Positions 29,600 through 40,289 of a stretch of 64,000 nucleotides of DNA are shown here, in pieces. This DNA is from Pedobacter sp. Its GTDB lineage: Bacteria > Desulfobacterota > Desulfuromonadia > Desulfuromonadales > Syntrophotaleaceae. Location: contig JBFWJC010000006.1 of assembly GCA_050253415.1 (NCBI GenBank), forward strand, positions 124,702 through 188,701, in the 5' to 3' direction. The notes under the pieces are model-generated. The model was given only the letters and a program-made list of their open reading frames with translations. It had not been told where the DNA came from and did no database searches. The position numbers and the translations under genes are program-made. Position 1 is the stretch's first letter; each line of letters opens with the position of its first letter.

Positions 29600-31591
29600 C
29601 TATATTCTCCGATACCGCGCTCCGCGGCGTTCTCCAATTTGACGAACTTTACCAAGCTCTTTCAACTGTCTGATTGCCCAGGTCCAGTCGGCGCTGCTGA
29701 CACGGGTTGCGGTAATAATTTCAGTGCGCGAATATTCATGCCCGGAGTCCATGCAATCAAGAATGATCTGAGGTATGTTCCCGCCATAAGTGGATTGCTG
29801 CGGTTCAGCAACGAATGATTGAGCAGGCTCTACCTTGACTCTGGCCTGTTTACGAACCTTGGGAGCCGGCTTTGGTTCAGCGGTTTTTAGGGTCGGATGT
29901 GGAACATGCGTCTTTGAGCTGTCCCTCTCCCACAAACACAGCTGGACAGTGGCCTCCATAAGTGTTTCGCTGTGCTGCCGAGCCTTTTCGAGTTTGGCTT
30001 CGAGTTCATCACACAGGGCCATGAGTTGGTCGACTTTGGCGACAATGCGTTTCTGTTCTGCTTCTGGTGGAAGCAATATGGCCATATTCATAAGAATTTT
30101 TTGGTTCAAGTTACTCATGGTGGAGCCAACAGAAGACTCTGATAAATAGTGCCTGACGGCATCAGAACTTATCAGTTTCACAAAATATGGGTTAAAAATC
30201 ATTTTCGACAGCCTGAGAATTACACTTCCCGTTCCACAGAGCCAACCTTCTTCATTCTCTGTCACAAGTGCACAGCGGCCCATCTCGCCACGACGAGCTA
30301 AAACTATGTCCATTCGCTGCAGCATAAAGCTAGATAGCCTATCGATGGTTTCTTCGCCCACAGCCATGTTTGAAAGTGGAGTAATTTTCCCATCTCTCAA
30401 ACTTGCAGGGTTTATTACCGGTATTCCATTTTGGACATAATCAGACTTATGCAGAGAGCTTCCAAATGGGCCAGTTATAAGAGTTAGAGAGATATCTTCT
30501 AATCGACACCTCTCCCATCCATCCGGTTGAGTATGCGGTGGTTCAACTTCAGTAGAGGTAACTTCTATGCTTATCTTCCCTTTTCGGATAACCTTTTCTC
30601 TAAATAACCTCTCCTTCTCAGCCTTAATCCTCTCCAGCAAAACCGAAGCAGGCTCATCGTTGGGATCTTGGGGAACAAGTTTACCCTGAACCGCAAGTTG
30701 AAGGATGACGGCGCGGAGTTTGGCGATGGTTTCGGGGTGGTCGTAGAGCAGATCGAAGTTGTTACAGATGCGCTGCCAGTGATCGGCGAATTCTTCGGCT
30801 TCGCTGGCGTTGAGCAGTGAGTCGAGGGCCGCGTTGTTAAGGCGCATCCTTCCCTGCTGCTGTTTTTGCTGCCGGGCTTCAAGGTCGCTGCACAGGGCCA
30901 TGAGTTGGTCGACTTTGGCGACGATACGTTTTTGTTCTTCGATGGGGGGAAGAGGAATTGCAATTGAAACTAGCTTCGCCTGATTTAGCTTAGGCACCGT
31001 AATCCCTGTTATGTACTGCTGGAGATCCGAGCCAACAAGAACATAAACCAGAAATTGATCATCTACAACCGCCCTAATAGGCCGCAAAACGTGGGCATGG
31101 TTGTTCACCCATGTTTTCCCTGAAATGAGAAATGCCGTATTTTCACCCTGGTCCCATTTAGCACCATCCTCACCAACTAGCACCAATGGCTCATCAAAGA
31201 TAAATTCTGAAACATAATCGACTATCCCCGAAGCACCGTAATAAGGATAAGGGCCAGGCTTGCGGGCATGTTTAGTCACAGGTTTTCTGAGGCTGTCTAA
31301 AACTTCCACTATCTGTCCAAGCCTCACCCACGTCCAATTCGTCGGAATCGGGTAAGACTCGTCATCTGTCACTGAAGGCAACGACGTCGCCTTTGCGTTT
31401 GTTCTGGAATTTGAAAGTAACTCCTTCGATGATTCCAGTCTTTGAGAAATCGTTGCAGCAGCATCATCTGGGTGCTGCGGCACCAGCTTCCCCCGTACCG
31501 CAAGATGAAGAATAAGCTCCCGCAATTTCTGCACCCCGTTTGGGGCGTCTACAAAATGGTCGAAATTTGCAAAAAACGTCTCGATGGTCAT
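29600..31591 (-). CDS. hsdS: Type I restriction specificity subunit with C-terminal extension
   Basis: Two TRDs; PP..EQKRIVAKVDQLMALC twice; LAVRGKLVPQ and LAVQGKLVPQ. Confidence 0.93.
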   Translation of the reverse strand: MTIETFFANFDHFVDAPNGVQKLRELILHLAVRGKLVPQHPDDAAATISQRLESSKELLSNSRTNAKATSLPSVTDDESYPIPTNWTWVRLGQIVEVLDSLRKPVTKHARKPGPYPYYGASGIVDYVSEFIFDEPLVLVGEDGAKWDQGENTAFLISGKTWVNNHAHVLRPIRAVVDDQFLVYVLVGSDLQQYITGITVPKLNQAKLVSIAIPLPPIEEQKRIVAKVDQLMALCSDLEARQQKQQQGRMRLNNAALDSLLNASEAEEFADHWQRICNNFDLLYDHPETIAKLRAVILQLAVQGKLVPQDPNDEPASVLLERIKAEKERLFREKVIRKGKISIEVTSTEVEPPHTQPDGWERCRLEDISLTLITGPFGSSLHKSDYVQNGIPVINPASLRDGKITPLSNMAVGEETIDRLSSFMLQRMDIVLARRGEMGRCALVTENEEGWLCGTGSVILRLSKMIFNPYFVKLISSDAVRHYLSESSVGSTMSNLNQKILMNMAILLPPEAEQKRIVAKVDQLMALCDELEAKLEKARQHSETLMEATVQLCLWERDSSKTHVPHPTLKTAEPKPAPKVRKQARVKVEPAQSFVAEPQQSTYGGNIPQIILDCMDSGHEYSRTEIITATRVSSADWTWAIRQLKELGKVRQIGERRGARYRRI

Positions 31592-32556
31592 CAGTCGTTG
31601 CTCCGATTTATAAGATTGACGATGACCTTGACGATGGTGTCCTTCTCTTCGGGTCGGCTCTCGGCGATCAAGAGGGTGAGTGCCACCAGTGCGTTGTCCG
31701 CAAGGCGTTTGCTGCCGTCGGGTCGGTAGAGAATGCCGTTGCCTGCGAGGAAATAAATAAAGATGGCTGCGGCGATCCTCTTGTTGCCGTCTGTAAAGGC
31801 GTGGTTTTTGACGACGAAGTAGAGCAGATTGGCGCTCTTTTCCTCTATTGTCGGATAAACATCCTTGCCGTCAAAAGTCTGATAGACGGCACCGAGAGCG
31901 CTTTTGAATCCCTGGTCCTTCTCCTGTCCGAAGAGCCCGTCGAAATCCCCCTTCATGGAGTGAACGATCGAGATGGCTTCTCCGTATTCGAGCACGAACC
32001 GTGCGGGACCGCTGGTCTCTTCGATGGTCAGGGTGCCGTGATCGTAACGGTCGAGGGTGGCCAGAGCATAGGCATAATCGGTGATGACCCTGAGAACATC
32101 CCGACCGGTGGCGGTTACCAATTCCTGGTTGGCTAGGGTACGGGACAGAAGGTCGACAGTCTGCTGCATCTCCTTCAGCTTTGCACGCTCTTCGCGTAAG
32201 CGCTGCTCATTGAGAGTGTAGCCTTTGACAAGATGCTCGCGCAGCAGACGCGTTGCCCATTGCCGGAACTGGGTACCACGCTGCGATTTGACCCGGTAGC
32301 CAACGGAGATGATGACGTCAAGGTTATAAAAAACAACCGGTTTGTCGGAATTTGCAATATGCATTTTCTGCATATTGCTTTTCTCCTCCAGTTCGCCTTC
32401 CTTGAAAACATTACGAATATGACGGGAGAGAACGGACTGGTCACGTTGAAACAAGTCGACTAGTTGAGCTTGATTCAACCAGACCGTATCCTGCTGCAGA
32501 TGAACATCCAGTGTCGTTTTGCCATCTTCCGACTGATAGATAGTAATTTCAGGCAT
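31591..32556 (-). CDS. RhuM / Fic-DOC family protein
   Basis: TVWLNQ, YNLDVIISVGYRVKS..GTQFRQWA, HAFTDGNKR. Confidence 0.9.
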   Translation of the reverse strand: MPEITIYQSEDGKTTLDVHLQQDTVWLNQAQLVDLFQRDQSVLSRHIRNVFKEGELEEKSNMQKMHIANSDKPVVFYNLDVIISVGYRVKSQRGTQFRQWATRLLREHLVKGYTLNEQRLREERAKLKEMQQTVDLLSRTLANQELVTATGRDVLRVITDYAYALATLDRYDHGTLTIEETSGPARFVLEYGEAISIVHSMKGDFDGLFGQEKDQGFKSALGAVYQTFDGKDVYPTIEEKSANLLYFVVKNHAFTDGNKRIAAAIFIYFLAGNGILYRPDGSKRLADNALVALTLLIAESRPEEKDTIVKVIVNLINRSND

Positions 32557-34006
32557 TGCCCCGGGCTCCCAGCGCATCCATCAACTCACGTTTCAGCGCC
32601 TCGCGCGTCTCGGCAACACTGGCAAGCATCGCCTTGTACTCCGCCAACAGTTCCTCGGGATCACCGTGGTCATCCTCGACGGTGTTGGGATTCTTGATAT
32701 CAAGGTTGTAGCCGTTTGCCTTGATCTGATCGACGGAGACCTTCCATGCTTGTTCGGTCTCTTTCCGATCCTCCCACCAGGCTTTTTCGAAATTGAACTC
32801 CTCAATACGCATCGGCTTGGTTTTGGAGTAGCTCTTGTACCCTTCGGGATACGGGTGCTCGTAGTACCAAACCTCTTTGGTCGGCTCCCCCTTGGTAAAG
32901 AACAGCAGGTTGGTCTTGATGCTTGTGTAGGGATTAAAGACACCATTCGGCAGACGCACGATGGTGTGCAGGTTGCATTCGTCGAGCAGCTTTTCCTTGA
33001 TCCGGGTCTTGACGCCTTCGCCGAACAGGGTGCCGTCGGGCAAAACGATCGCGGCGCGGCCACCATCCTTTAGCAGGTGCATGATAAGCACCAGAAACAG
33101 ATCCGCGGTTTCACGGGTACGAAACGCAGCTGGGAAATTAGCCTCGATGCCGTCCTCTTCGGTGCCTCCGAAAGGGGGGTTGGTGACCACAACATCGACC
33201 CGGTCCTTGGGGCCGTAGTTACGCAGGGGACGCGATAGTGTGTTGTCATGCCTGACCTGTGACGGAACTTCGACACCATGCAGCAGCATGTTGGTGGTGC
33301 AAAGTAGGTGCGGCAGTGCCTTTTTCTCTACGCCGTAAATCTGTTTTTGCAGGACCTGTTCACCGGCGGCGGTATTGACGTACTTGCCGCGGACATAATC
33401 GATGGCGCAGGTGAGAAAACCGCCGGTACCGCAAGCCGGGTCAAGGATTTTCTCTCCAAGTTTCGGATCGACCATGTCGACCATAAATCGGGTGACGGCG
33501 CGCGGGGTGTAGAACTCCCCGGCATTGCCGGCACTTTGCAAATCTTTGAGGATCTGTTCATAGAAATCGCCGAACAGATGACGGTCCTCGGAGCGGTTGA
33601 AGTCGATCTCCTCGATCTTGTTGACCACCTGGCGGATGAGGGTGCCGTTTTTCATATAATTGTAGGCATCCTCGAAAACCGATTTGACCACCCGGGCGCG
33701 CCCGTTGGCGCCGACAGTCAGATCTATCTCCTTGAGGGTCTTGAACAGGGTGTTGTTGATGAATTCGAGCAACTCTTCGCCAGTAATTCCCTCGGGATCA
33801 GCGGCCCAGTTGCGCCAGCGCAGCTTTTCGGGAATCGGGGAGACATAGCCGTCCTGAAGAAGTTCTAACTCCTGCTCCTGGTCATCGAATATTTTCAGAA
33901 AAAACATCCATACAAGCTGACCGATGCGCTGGGCATCACCATCGACGCCTGCGTCTTTGCGCATGATGTCCTGAATCGTTTTAATAATGGTACTGCTGAG
34001 GGTCAC
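32549..34006 (-). CDS. hsdM: Type I restriction methyltransferase subunit
   Basis: GEFYTPR, DPACGTGGF, NPPF. Confidence 0.95.
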   Translation of the reverse strand: MTLSSTIIKTIQDIMRKDAGVDGDAQRIGQLVWMFFLKIFDDQEQELELLQDGYVSPIPEKLRWRNWAADPEGITGEELLEFINNTLFKTLKEIDLTVGANGRARVVKSVFEDAYNYMKNGTLIRQVVNKIEEIDFNRSEDRHLFGDFYEQILKDLQSAGNAGEFYTPRAVTRFMVDMVDPKLGEKILDPACGTGGFLTCAIDYVRGKYVNTAAGEQVLQKQIYGVEKKALPHLLCTTNMLLHGVEVPSQVRHDNTLSRPLRNYGPKDRVDVVVTNPPFGGTEEDGIEANFPAAFRTRETADLFLVLIMHLLKDGGRAAIVLPDGTLFGEGVKTRIKEKLLDECNLHTIVRLPNGVFNPYTSIKTNLLFFTKGEPTKEVWYYEHPYPEGYKSYSKTKPMRIEEFNFEKAWWEDRKETEQAWKVSVDQIKANGYNLDIKNPNTVEDDHGDPEELLAEYKAMLASVAETREALKRELMDALGARGNA

Positions 34007-34147
34007 ACAAATCTCCTACAAGTAAACTTCCGTTTTTCCGCCTTGCAAAATCATCATATTTGCAACAGGACAGCCGGGGATAGAACCGATGGATCTTGAG
34101 GTCCCAAAATGGAACCTCAAGTTTATAACTGATTGATATTACGTGGG

Positions 34148-36490
34148 CTAAAGTACACCGTAGAGTTGATTTTCAAGCTCCTTTAGTGCCTGTTCAAATT
34201 TTCTCCTGCCGCCGAAGGCCTTGACAATCTCCACCGGGGTACCGAAGCGCTCGAAGGGATGTACCCGCAGTACCTTCAAATCTTCGATATTCTCGATACC
34301 TTCGTCGGCATATTTGTCCAGTAAAGAATCGAGGACCGCCCTGGCCTGCTCGCCGTACCGGGTGAAGTAGTTGCGTTTGCGCACATTCTCGGCACGCTCG
34401 CGCCGGGTCAGCGGTGGCTGGTCGAAGGCCACATGGCAGATAAGATCAAAAGGTCCAAAATCCTTACCTACTTCCTCGGCCAAAGGTTCCAACAGCACGC
34501 CCTGCTCTTCGAGCTCGCGGATTATAGCCTGTTTTTTGTCGGAGCTGTTCCATTTTTTCAAAAAAGCATCGAGAGAAGCGTACTCCTTACGCACGGTCGC
34601 TTTGGTGTAATCCTTAAGTGATTCGGTGATAAGCTTACCGTCGTTTCCATAGTACTGGACCCGCTCGGCGACTACAAATACGGGCACGTCACCGACCACG
34701 TATTTTCTCGGGGAAGTGGTTTCATCGTCCGGCGGGTCTGGGATCGGAGGGTCTCCGGTACCGCCGTTCTCCTCATCCCCAGGCTCATCGGGAGGCACAG
34801 GCGGATCGCCTGGGCCAGGGACAAAAATGACCACCGGATCACCGTCGAAATCCGGATCGGCAAAAAGTTCGGTGGCCTTTTTGAAATCCATTATGGTGAA
34901 GTAAAACTTGCCGTAATCCTCTTTGATGCGGGTCCCCCGACCGATGATCTGTTTAAAGGTGGTCATCGACTGAATGGTCTGGTCGAGAACAATAAGCTTG
35001 CAGGTCTGAGCATCGATGCCGGTGTTCATAAGGCGCGAGGTCGTAGCGATGACCGGATAGCGGCTCTCCGGGTCGATAAAGTTGTCCAGTTCCATCTTGC
35101 CGAGAGCGTCGTCACCGGTGATTTTCATGACATATTTGCTGTTGTCGGCGGCCAAATCAGCATTCTGATTGACCAAGGACTTGCGCATCCGCTCGGCATG
35201 ATCGATGTCTTCGCAGAAAACGATGGTCTTGTCGAAACGGTCATTGGCTTTGAGAAACTCCGTGACTTTGCGAGCCACCAGGTCGGTGCGCTGTTCAAGT
35301 ACCAGTTTGCGATCAAAATCCTTCTGGTTGTAGATACGATCTTCAATTTCATATCCGTATTTATCTCTCTTCCCTCCCTGCGGCCGCCACCCGAGAAGGT
35401 CCTTGTCAAGATCGATGCGAACCACCTTGTAGGGGGCAAGAAAGCCATCCTCAATCCCTTGTTTAAGAGAGTAAGTATAGATCGGCTCCCCGAAATAGTG
35501 CGAATTCGAAACATCTCTGGTTTCTTTGGGCGTTGCAGTCAAGCCTATATGGGTGGCACTGGAAAAATAATCGAGAATCTCCCTCCAAGCGGAATCCTCG
35601 GCGGCACTACCTCGATGGCATTCGTCGATCACCACCAAATCGAAGAAATCGGGGGAGAACTGTTTGTAGATGTTTTTCTCCTCTTCGTTGCCTGTTACCG
35701 CTTGATAGAGTGACAGGTAAATTTCGTAGGAGGTATCCACCTGACGTTTCTGAATTTTGGTCATGGCCTGACCAAAAGGCTTGAAGTCGTTGGTCTTGGT
35801 CTGATCGACCAATATATTGCGGTCGGCAAGAAAAAGAATTCGTTTTTTGGTGCGGGATTTCCAAAGCCTCCAGATTATCTGGAAGGCGGTGTAAGTCTTG
35901 CCAGTGCCGGTGGCCATGACCAACAGAATGCGGTCTTGCTCTCGGGCAATGGCTTCGATGGTACGGTTGATGGCAATGCGCTGATAATAGCGTGGCTCTT
36001 TGCCGCTGCCGTCGCTGTGATAAGGCTGGGTCAAAACTTCTTCAGGAGCCTCGTCGATACCCTTCCATGCTTTATAGCGTTGCCAGAGATCGTCCGGAAT
36101 TGGGAATGATTGTAGGGAAAGTTCGGTTTCAACAGAATCCGCGTTGCCGGTCCGGTCATGGAAGAGAAAACCGTCGCCATTGGAACTGAAAACAAAAGGC
36201 ACATCGAGCGTTTCGGCATAATCGAGAGCCTGCTGCATGCCATCCCCTATAGCGTGGGTATTATCTTTGGCCTCGATTACCGCAATGGGAAAGTTGGGCT
36301 TATGGTAAAGAATGTAGTCGGCGCGTTTGGCTTTTCCCCGCGAATAGAGTTTCCCACGGACAATGATGCGACCGGCAGTGAATGTAACCTCTTCACGGAT
36401 CTGGGAGTGTATATCCCATCCAGCCGATTTGATAGCAGGAGTTATGAATTTGGTGCAGATATCGCGTTCGGATAGTGATTTCTTCACCAT
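34148..36490 (-). CDS. hsdR: Type I restriction endonuclease subunit R (EcoAI-like)
   Basis: [39 protein letters not shown] before ATG 36490. Confidence 0.95.
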   Translation of the reverse strand: MVKKSLSERDICTKFITPAIKSAGWDIHSQIREEVTFTAGRIIVRGKLYSRGKAKRADYILYHKPNFPIAVIEAKDNTHAIGDGMQQALDYAETLDVPFVFSSNGDGFLFHDRTGNADSVETELSLQSFPIPDDLWQRYKAWKGIDEAPEEVLTQPYHSDGSGKEPRYYQRIAINRTIEAIAREQDRILLVMATGTGKTYTAFQIIWRLWKSRTKKRILFLADRNILVDQTKTNDFKPFGQAMTKIQKRQVDTSYEIYLSLYQAVTGNEEEKNIYKQFSPDFFDLVVIDECHRGSAAEDSAWREILDYFSSATHIGLTATPKETRDVSNSHYFGEPIYTYSLKQGIEDGFLAPYKVVRIDLDKDLLGWRPQGGKRDKYGYEIEDRIYNQKDFDRKLVLEQRTDLVARKVTEFLKANDRFDKTIVFCEDIDHAERMRKSLVNQNADLAADNSKYVMKITGDDALGKMELDNFIDPESRYPVIATTSRLMNTGIDAQTCKLIVLDQTIQSMTTFKQIIGRGTRIKEDYGKFYFTIMDFKKATELFADPDFDGDPVVIFVPGPGDPPVPPDEPGDEENGGTGDPPIPDPPDDETTSPRKYVVGDVPVFVVAERVQYYGNDGKLITESLKDYTKATVRKEYASLDAFLKKWNSSDKKQAIIRELEEQGVLLEPLAEEVGKDFGPFDLICHVAFDQPPLTRRERAENVRKRNYFTRYGEQARAVLDSLLDKYADEGIENIEDLKVLRVHPFERFGTPVEIVKAFGGRRKFEQALKELENQLYGVL

Positions 36491-36851
36491 GCCGCCAACC
36501 TCCCCTAATATTAATCCTGAAAACAGGAAAACCGCCCATACCTCACAGGCACCAAGCGGTTTCATCAAACAATTCGAATGTACTCCTGAACTTTCATCCC
36601 ATCCTCCAGACATCAAATATCATTTGTCTTAAAATACGCTTAAGAAAATGCGATGTCAACGCAAAGGGCTGAAAGGACTATGATTTTAATGTATGTCTTG
36701 ATAAAGCTTGAACATGCATCGGACAACATTCCAAAACCGTTATCTAACGCGAAGATACAAAGACGATACTAAATCAAGAGTCTGAGAACCGGCCTGTCGG
36801 GTTTGGTTGACCTTGGCGTTATGTGAGACAGCTTTTAAAAGGTTTGCCTTA

Positions 36852-36990
36852 CTTCGCGTCTTGGCGGCTTAAGTGAGCAACACGAACGAGCGTGAGAATG
36901 CTTTTTGAGATCTGCTTTATACGAAAAATACGAACCGCAAATCTGAACCAAAACCTTTATCTTACGCAAAGCCGCTAAGACACCAAGAGA
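36852..36990. repeat. Palindromic repeat family; other copies at 40172-40264 and 41822-41913
   Basis: GCCGCTAAGAC / GTCTT(A/G)GCGGC arms with a CGAACG(A/G)GC(G/A)TGA tail. Confidence 0.7.
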
Positions 36991-37333
36991 ATCAAACCTC
37001 TTCTTTTGATGTAAATCCTTCCCCTTAAACCTTTGCAGCTTACGTATGTACCCGACGAGCATAGGGCATGTATTCATGCACCGTATCCGCTTAGTTTATC
37101 CAAAGAAACTCACGCTAACTCGCATACTTCGCCCCTATCTCATGAGTCATTAAGTTTTTTTACTTTTTCTATTTTATTGTTATCATATTCCAATCCAACA
37201 ACCTGCTCGCCATCACCTCGACCCTCAAGCGTCCCTATTCGCAAATCTACACGGGATATCGAGCCATCGACGTTCCATCAGGGAGCAACCGTATAAGGGA
37301 ATAGACAACGCACGCAAATCAAGGAGGAATACC

Positions 37334-38257
37334 ATGCCTGAACAGATCCATGTATGGGAGATGCCGGAACTTATCGCTTTTGATGGCACCCACTCCGCAA
37401 TCGCCGGGCGACTTATTGAATTCGAGACCAAAAAATCCGAACTTTTGCCGGACCACCGACATTGGCTGCAGGAGAAGGTGGTGCCGGCCATTCTGGCACG
37501 CCCCAATGCATGGATCGATCTGTACGGCTATGCCAGCAAACTGGGGAACCAAAGTGATAACCTGGCGCTGTCCCGGGAGCGGGTCGAATCGGTAAAGGAT
37601 TTTCTTGGCCAACATTTGGCGATACATGGAAGGAATATCGATGGCATGGTCAACATCGATTGCGGATTCGGGGAAACGGCGCCGGGATATTATGACAAGG
37701 ATTCCGATAATTCGGGTTATTGGCGGGCCGCCGAAATTATCGTCTTCGGTTCCAAGCCGTCCGTTGTCAGGCCTCCGGTCATCCCTCCGGCATCGGGCAA
37801 TAGTTTTGAAATCAAGGTGGTTGCCGGAGGCTCGGCCTCGCTGTTTCTACAAGCCGACAACTACGTGTTTCAAATAAGCGATCTGACCCGCCGCCAGACG
37901 GCGTTTTTCTTCTATACGGGTGGCGGACTGGGCATATCGATACCCAAAATACCGGGACCCGGTTCGATGACCAAAGCTGGGCCGCCTACCCCGTTTCGTA
38001 CCAGCAGGCCGGCCGAACTGCACCAATTCAACTCGAAAGCTTCTCTCTATCAGGATCCCGGCATGACGGTGGGGCCCTTCAGTGCCGGAGGGACTCTGCG
38101 ATTACGTATTTACGAGATCCATGATTCCACCGGGCTTGTCTTTACCTCCCCCTCGATTCTGCCGATCGAAGGCGGTTGGGGCATCCAGATGCCGGGACTT
38201 GGATCGGCGAGTGAAGGCATCCTTGCCTTGGCCAGCGCGGTCTTTCCTTCCCCCTGA
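37334..38257 (+). CDS. OmpA-C-like domain protein with unknown C-terminal domain
   Basis: F....SEL, GYAS..G....NLALSRERVESV, GFGE, WRAAEI. AGGAGG RBS; no signal peptide. Confidence 0.72.
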   Translation: MPEQIHVWEMPELIAFDGTHSAIAGRLIEFETKKSELLPDHRHWLQEKVVPAILARPNAWIDLYGYASKLGNQSDNLALSRERVESVKDFLGQHLAIHGRNIDGMVNIDCGFGETAPGYYDKDSDNSGYWRAAEIIVFGSKPSVVRPPVIPPASGNSFEIKVVAGGSASLFLQADNYVFQISDLTRRQTAFFFYTGGGLGISIPKIPGPGSMTKAGPPTPFRTSRPAELHQFNSKASLYQDPGMTVGPFSAGGTLRLRIYEIHDSTGLVFTSPSILPIEGGWGIQMPGLGSASEGILALASAVFPSP

Positions 38258-38378
38258 TGCGCTATTTACGACCGCGATGGTATCGAAAGACTGAGCTTGA
38301 CCGATTGGTGGAGCGCTACCGATAGGCCGAAGGCCACCCACATTTATCTGCATGTGATTTCTACAAAAGGAGAACATT

Positions 38379-40130
38379 ATGGGCTTCAACCCGGTAAAAG
38401 TATTGGAGTCGGGGTATAACGCAGCCAAGGATGTCGTAAAGGGTACCGGACATGCGGCCAAAAGCGGAGTTAATGCTTTCGGCGACGGGGCCAAAGTCCT
38501 TTACGACTCGGGAGCCGATCTGATCGATGAAGGCGGCAAATTTTTCGAAGACCCCTTGGGCTATATCGAAAACCAGTTATCCGGCCTCTCCTTTGAAAAG
38601 ATTGCCGGTGCCGTAACCCTCGGTCTGGATGACGTGGCCGACGATCTGGCTCGCCAGGCCGGCCTGGGGCCGTTGGTTGACGGCATCAATCAATTTGCCG
38701 AAGTCGTCGGCGAAGTGGTGGAGACCATCCTGCGCTTTGCCAAGTGTGCCCATTGGATGGAAAATCCCGGTTTCTGGGCACTATCCGGTGCTCTTTATGC
38801 GGCACGCTCCCAAGGCTGGATTACGTCGAAGGCGCAATGCACCGAATTTGCGCAAAAAGGTGAAATCCTCAAAGCCGTGGGCGCAAACGTTCCGGTTTTG
38901 GACATGCTGCCGTGTGCCTCTGAGGTGGCTTTTAGCGCACCGTCACCTTCGCAGGTTGCCGGTGCGGCATCGACCGCAACAGGCGGTTCTCCCGGCCAGA
39001 AGGCAACATCGTCGCTCAACCACTCGTCCGTCGGTCTTGCGGCTGCACTTTCCCCCGGGATGAACCTCAACTTCGCCGCCAGCGTCGCGCGCCCCCCTGC
39101 CGTGAAAGGTATCAGCCGCTCGCGAGATAAACTCGATGTGTTCATCGTACGCCCCGACGGTAAAGCCGCGACCGCGGCCTGGGAACCGGGGGACACGCAT
39201 TGGCGCGGCTGGTGGCAGGCAGCCACCGGCCACACGGCTCCCGGCGCCCCGGTAACGGTTGTTTCACGGAGCCGGGACAAGCTCGACATCTTCATGGTCG
39301 GAATGGACGGCCATGTGTTGACCGCTGCCTGGCAGCCGGGGGATAAAACCTGGCGCGGCTGGTGGCCCATCGGCCGGGTCAAGGCCCTGCCCGGCAGCCA
39401 GGTGGGCGCGGTCTCCCGCTCCACGGATAAACTGGACATCTTCGTAACCGGCCTCGACGGCAAGGTATGGACGGCGGCGTGGCAACCGGGAGACCAGCAT
39501 TGGCGCGGCTGGTGGCCGGTGGCCGGAGGCAATGCTGTGCCGGGAACACCCGTCACGGCCGTGAGCCGTTCGGCCGACAAGCTCGACATCTTCATGGTCG
39601 GTTTGGACGGTCGTATTTGGACGGCCGCCTGGCAGCCGGGGGATAAAACCTGGCGCGGCTGGTGGCCCATCGGCCAAGTCAAGGCCCTGCCCGGCAGCCA
39701 GGTGGGCGCGGTCTCCCGCTCCACGGATAAACTGGACATCTTCGTAACCGGCCTCGACGGCAAGGTATGGACGGCGGCGTGGCAACCGGGGGACCAGCAT
39801 TGGCGCGGATGGTGGCCGGTGGCCGGAGGCAGTGCTATGCCGGGAACACCCGTCACGGCCGTGAGCCGTTCGGCCGACAAGCTCGACATCTTCATGGTCG
39901 GTTTGGACGGTCGTATTTGGACGGCCGCATGGCAACCGGGCGATAAAACCTGGCGCGGCTGGTGGAGGATCGGTGGCTTGAATGCTCCGGGAAAAGCCGT
40001 CGTCGAAGCAGTATCCCGCGCTACCGATAAATTGGATATTTTTGTGCGTGGTCGGGACCGGGCCATATATACGGCAGCATGGGAACAGGGGCGCGATAAA
40101 GATTGGCGCGGGTGGTGGCGAATAAGCTAG
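38379..40130 (+). CDS. Seven-repeat beta-propeller lectin-like protein (PLL/fucose-lectin type) with unknown N-terminal domain
   Basis: Seven ~50-aa repeats SRS.DKLDIF..G.DG..WTAAWQPGD..WRGWW, including a near-identical 300-bp tandem duplication. Confidence 0.8.
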   Translation: MGFNPVKVLESGYNAAKDVVKGTGHAAKSGVNAFGDGAKVLYDSGADLIDEGGKFFEDPLGYIENQLSGLSFEKIAGAVTLGLDDVADDLARQAGLGPLVDGINQFAEVVGEVVETILRFAKCAHWMENPGFWALSGALYAARSQGWITSKAQCTEFAQKGEILKAVGANVPVLDMLPCASEVAFSAPSPSQVAGAASTATGGSPGQKATSSLNHSSVGLAAALSPGMNLNFAASVARPPAVKGISRSRDKLDVFIVRPDGKAATAAWEPGDTHWRGWWQAATGHTAPGAPVTVVSRSRDKLDIFMVGMDGHVLTAAWQPGDKTWRGWWPIGRVKALPGSQVGAVSRSTDKLDIFVTGLDGKVWTAAWQPGDQHWRGWWPVAGGNAVPGTPVTAVSRSADKLDIFMVGLDGRIWTAAWQPGDKTWRGWWPIGQVKALPGSQVGAVSRSTDKLDIFVTGLDGKVWTAAWQPGDQHWRGWWPVAGGSAMPGTPVTAVSRSADKLDIFMVGLDGRIWTAAWQPGDKTWRGWWRIGGLNAPGKAVVEAVSRATDKLDIFVRGRDRAIYTAAWEQGRDKDWRGWWRIS

Positions 40131-40289
40131 TCCAGGCTCTATTGCAACAGATCAAAAACCATGAACCTCTTATCTCGCAAAATGCCGCTAAGACGCAAGA
40201 CACCATATTATAAGGTCTTTCTCTGCGTCTTAGCGGCATAAGTTGGTACAGCGAACGAGCATGACCCCAGCCTTACAGCCGTTGCTCCG

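Noticed and set aside
30012..30930. Direct repeats within hsdS as a shufflon
   Set aside because: These are the ordinary conserved regions of HsdS; no invertase or silent TRDs.
36491..36616. N-terminal extensions in the ORF track (hsdR, also M23, PilB and the 13120 ORF)
   Set aside because: Downstream starts have an RBS or family-typical N-terminus; the extensions overlap other features.
38795..40066. 423-aa minus-strand ORF with repeats
   Set aside because: Antisense shadow of the lectin repeats; no independent motifs.
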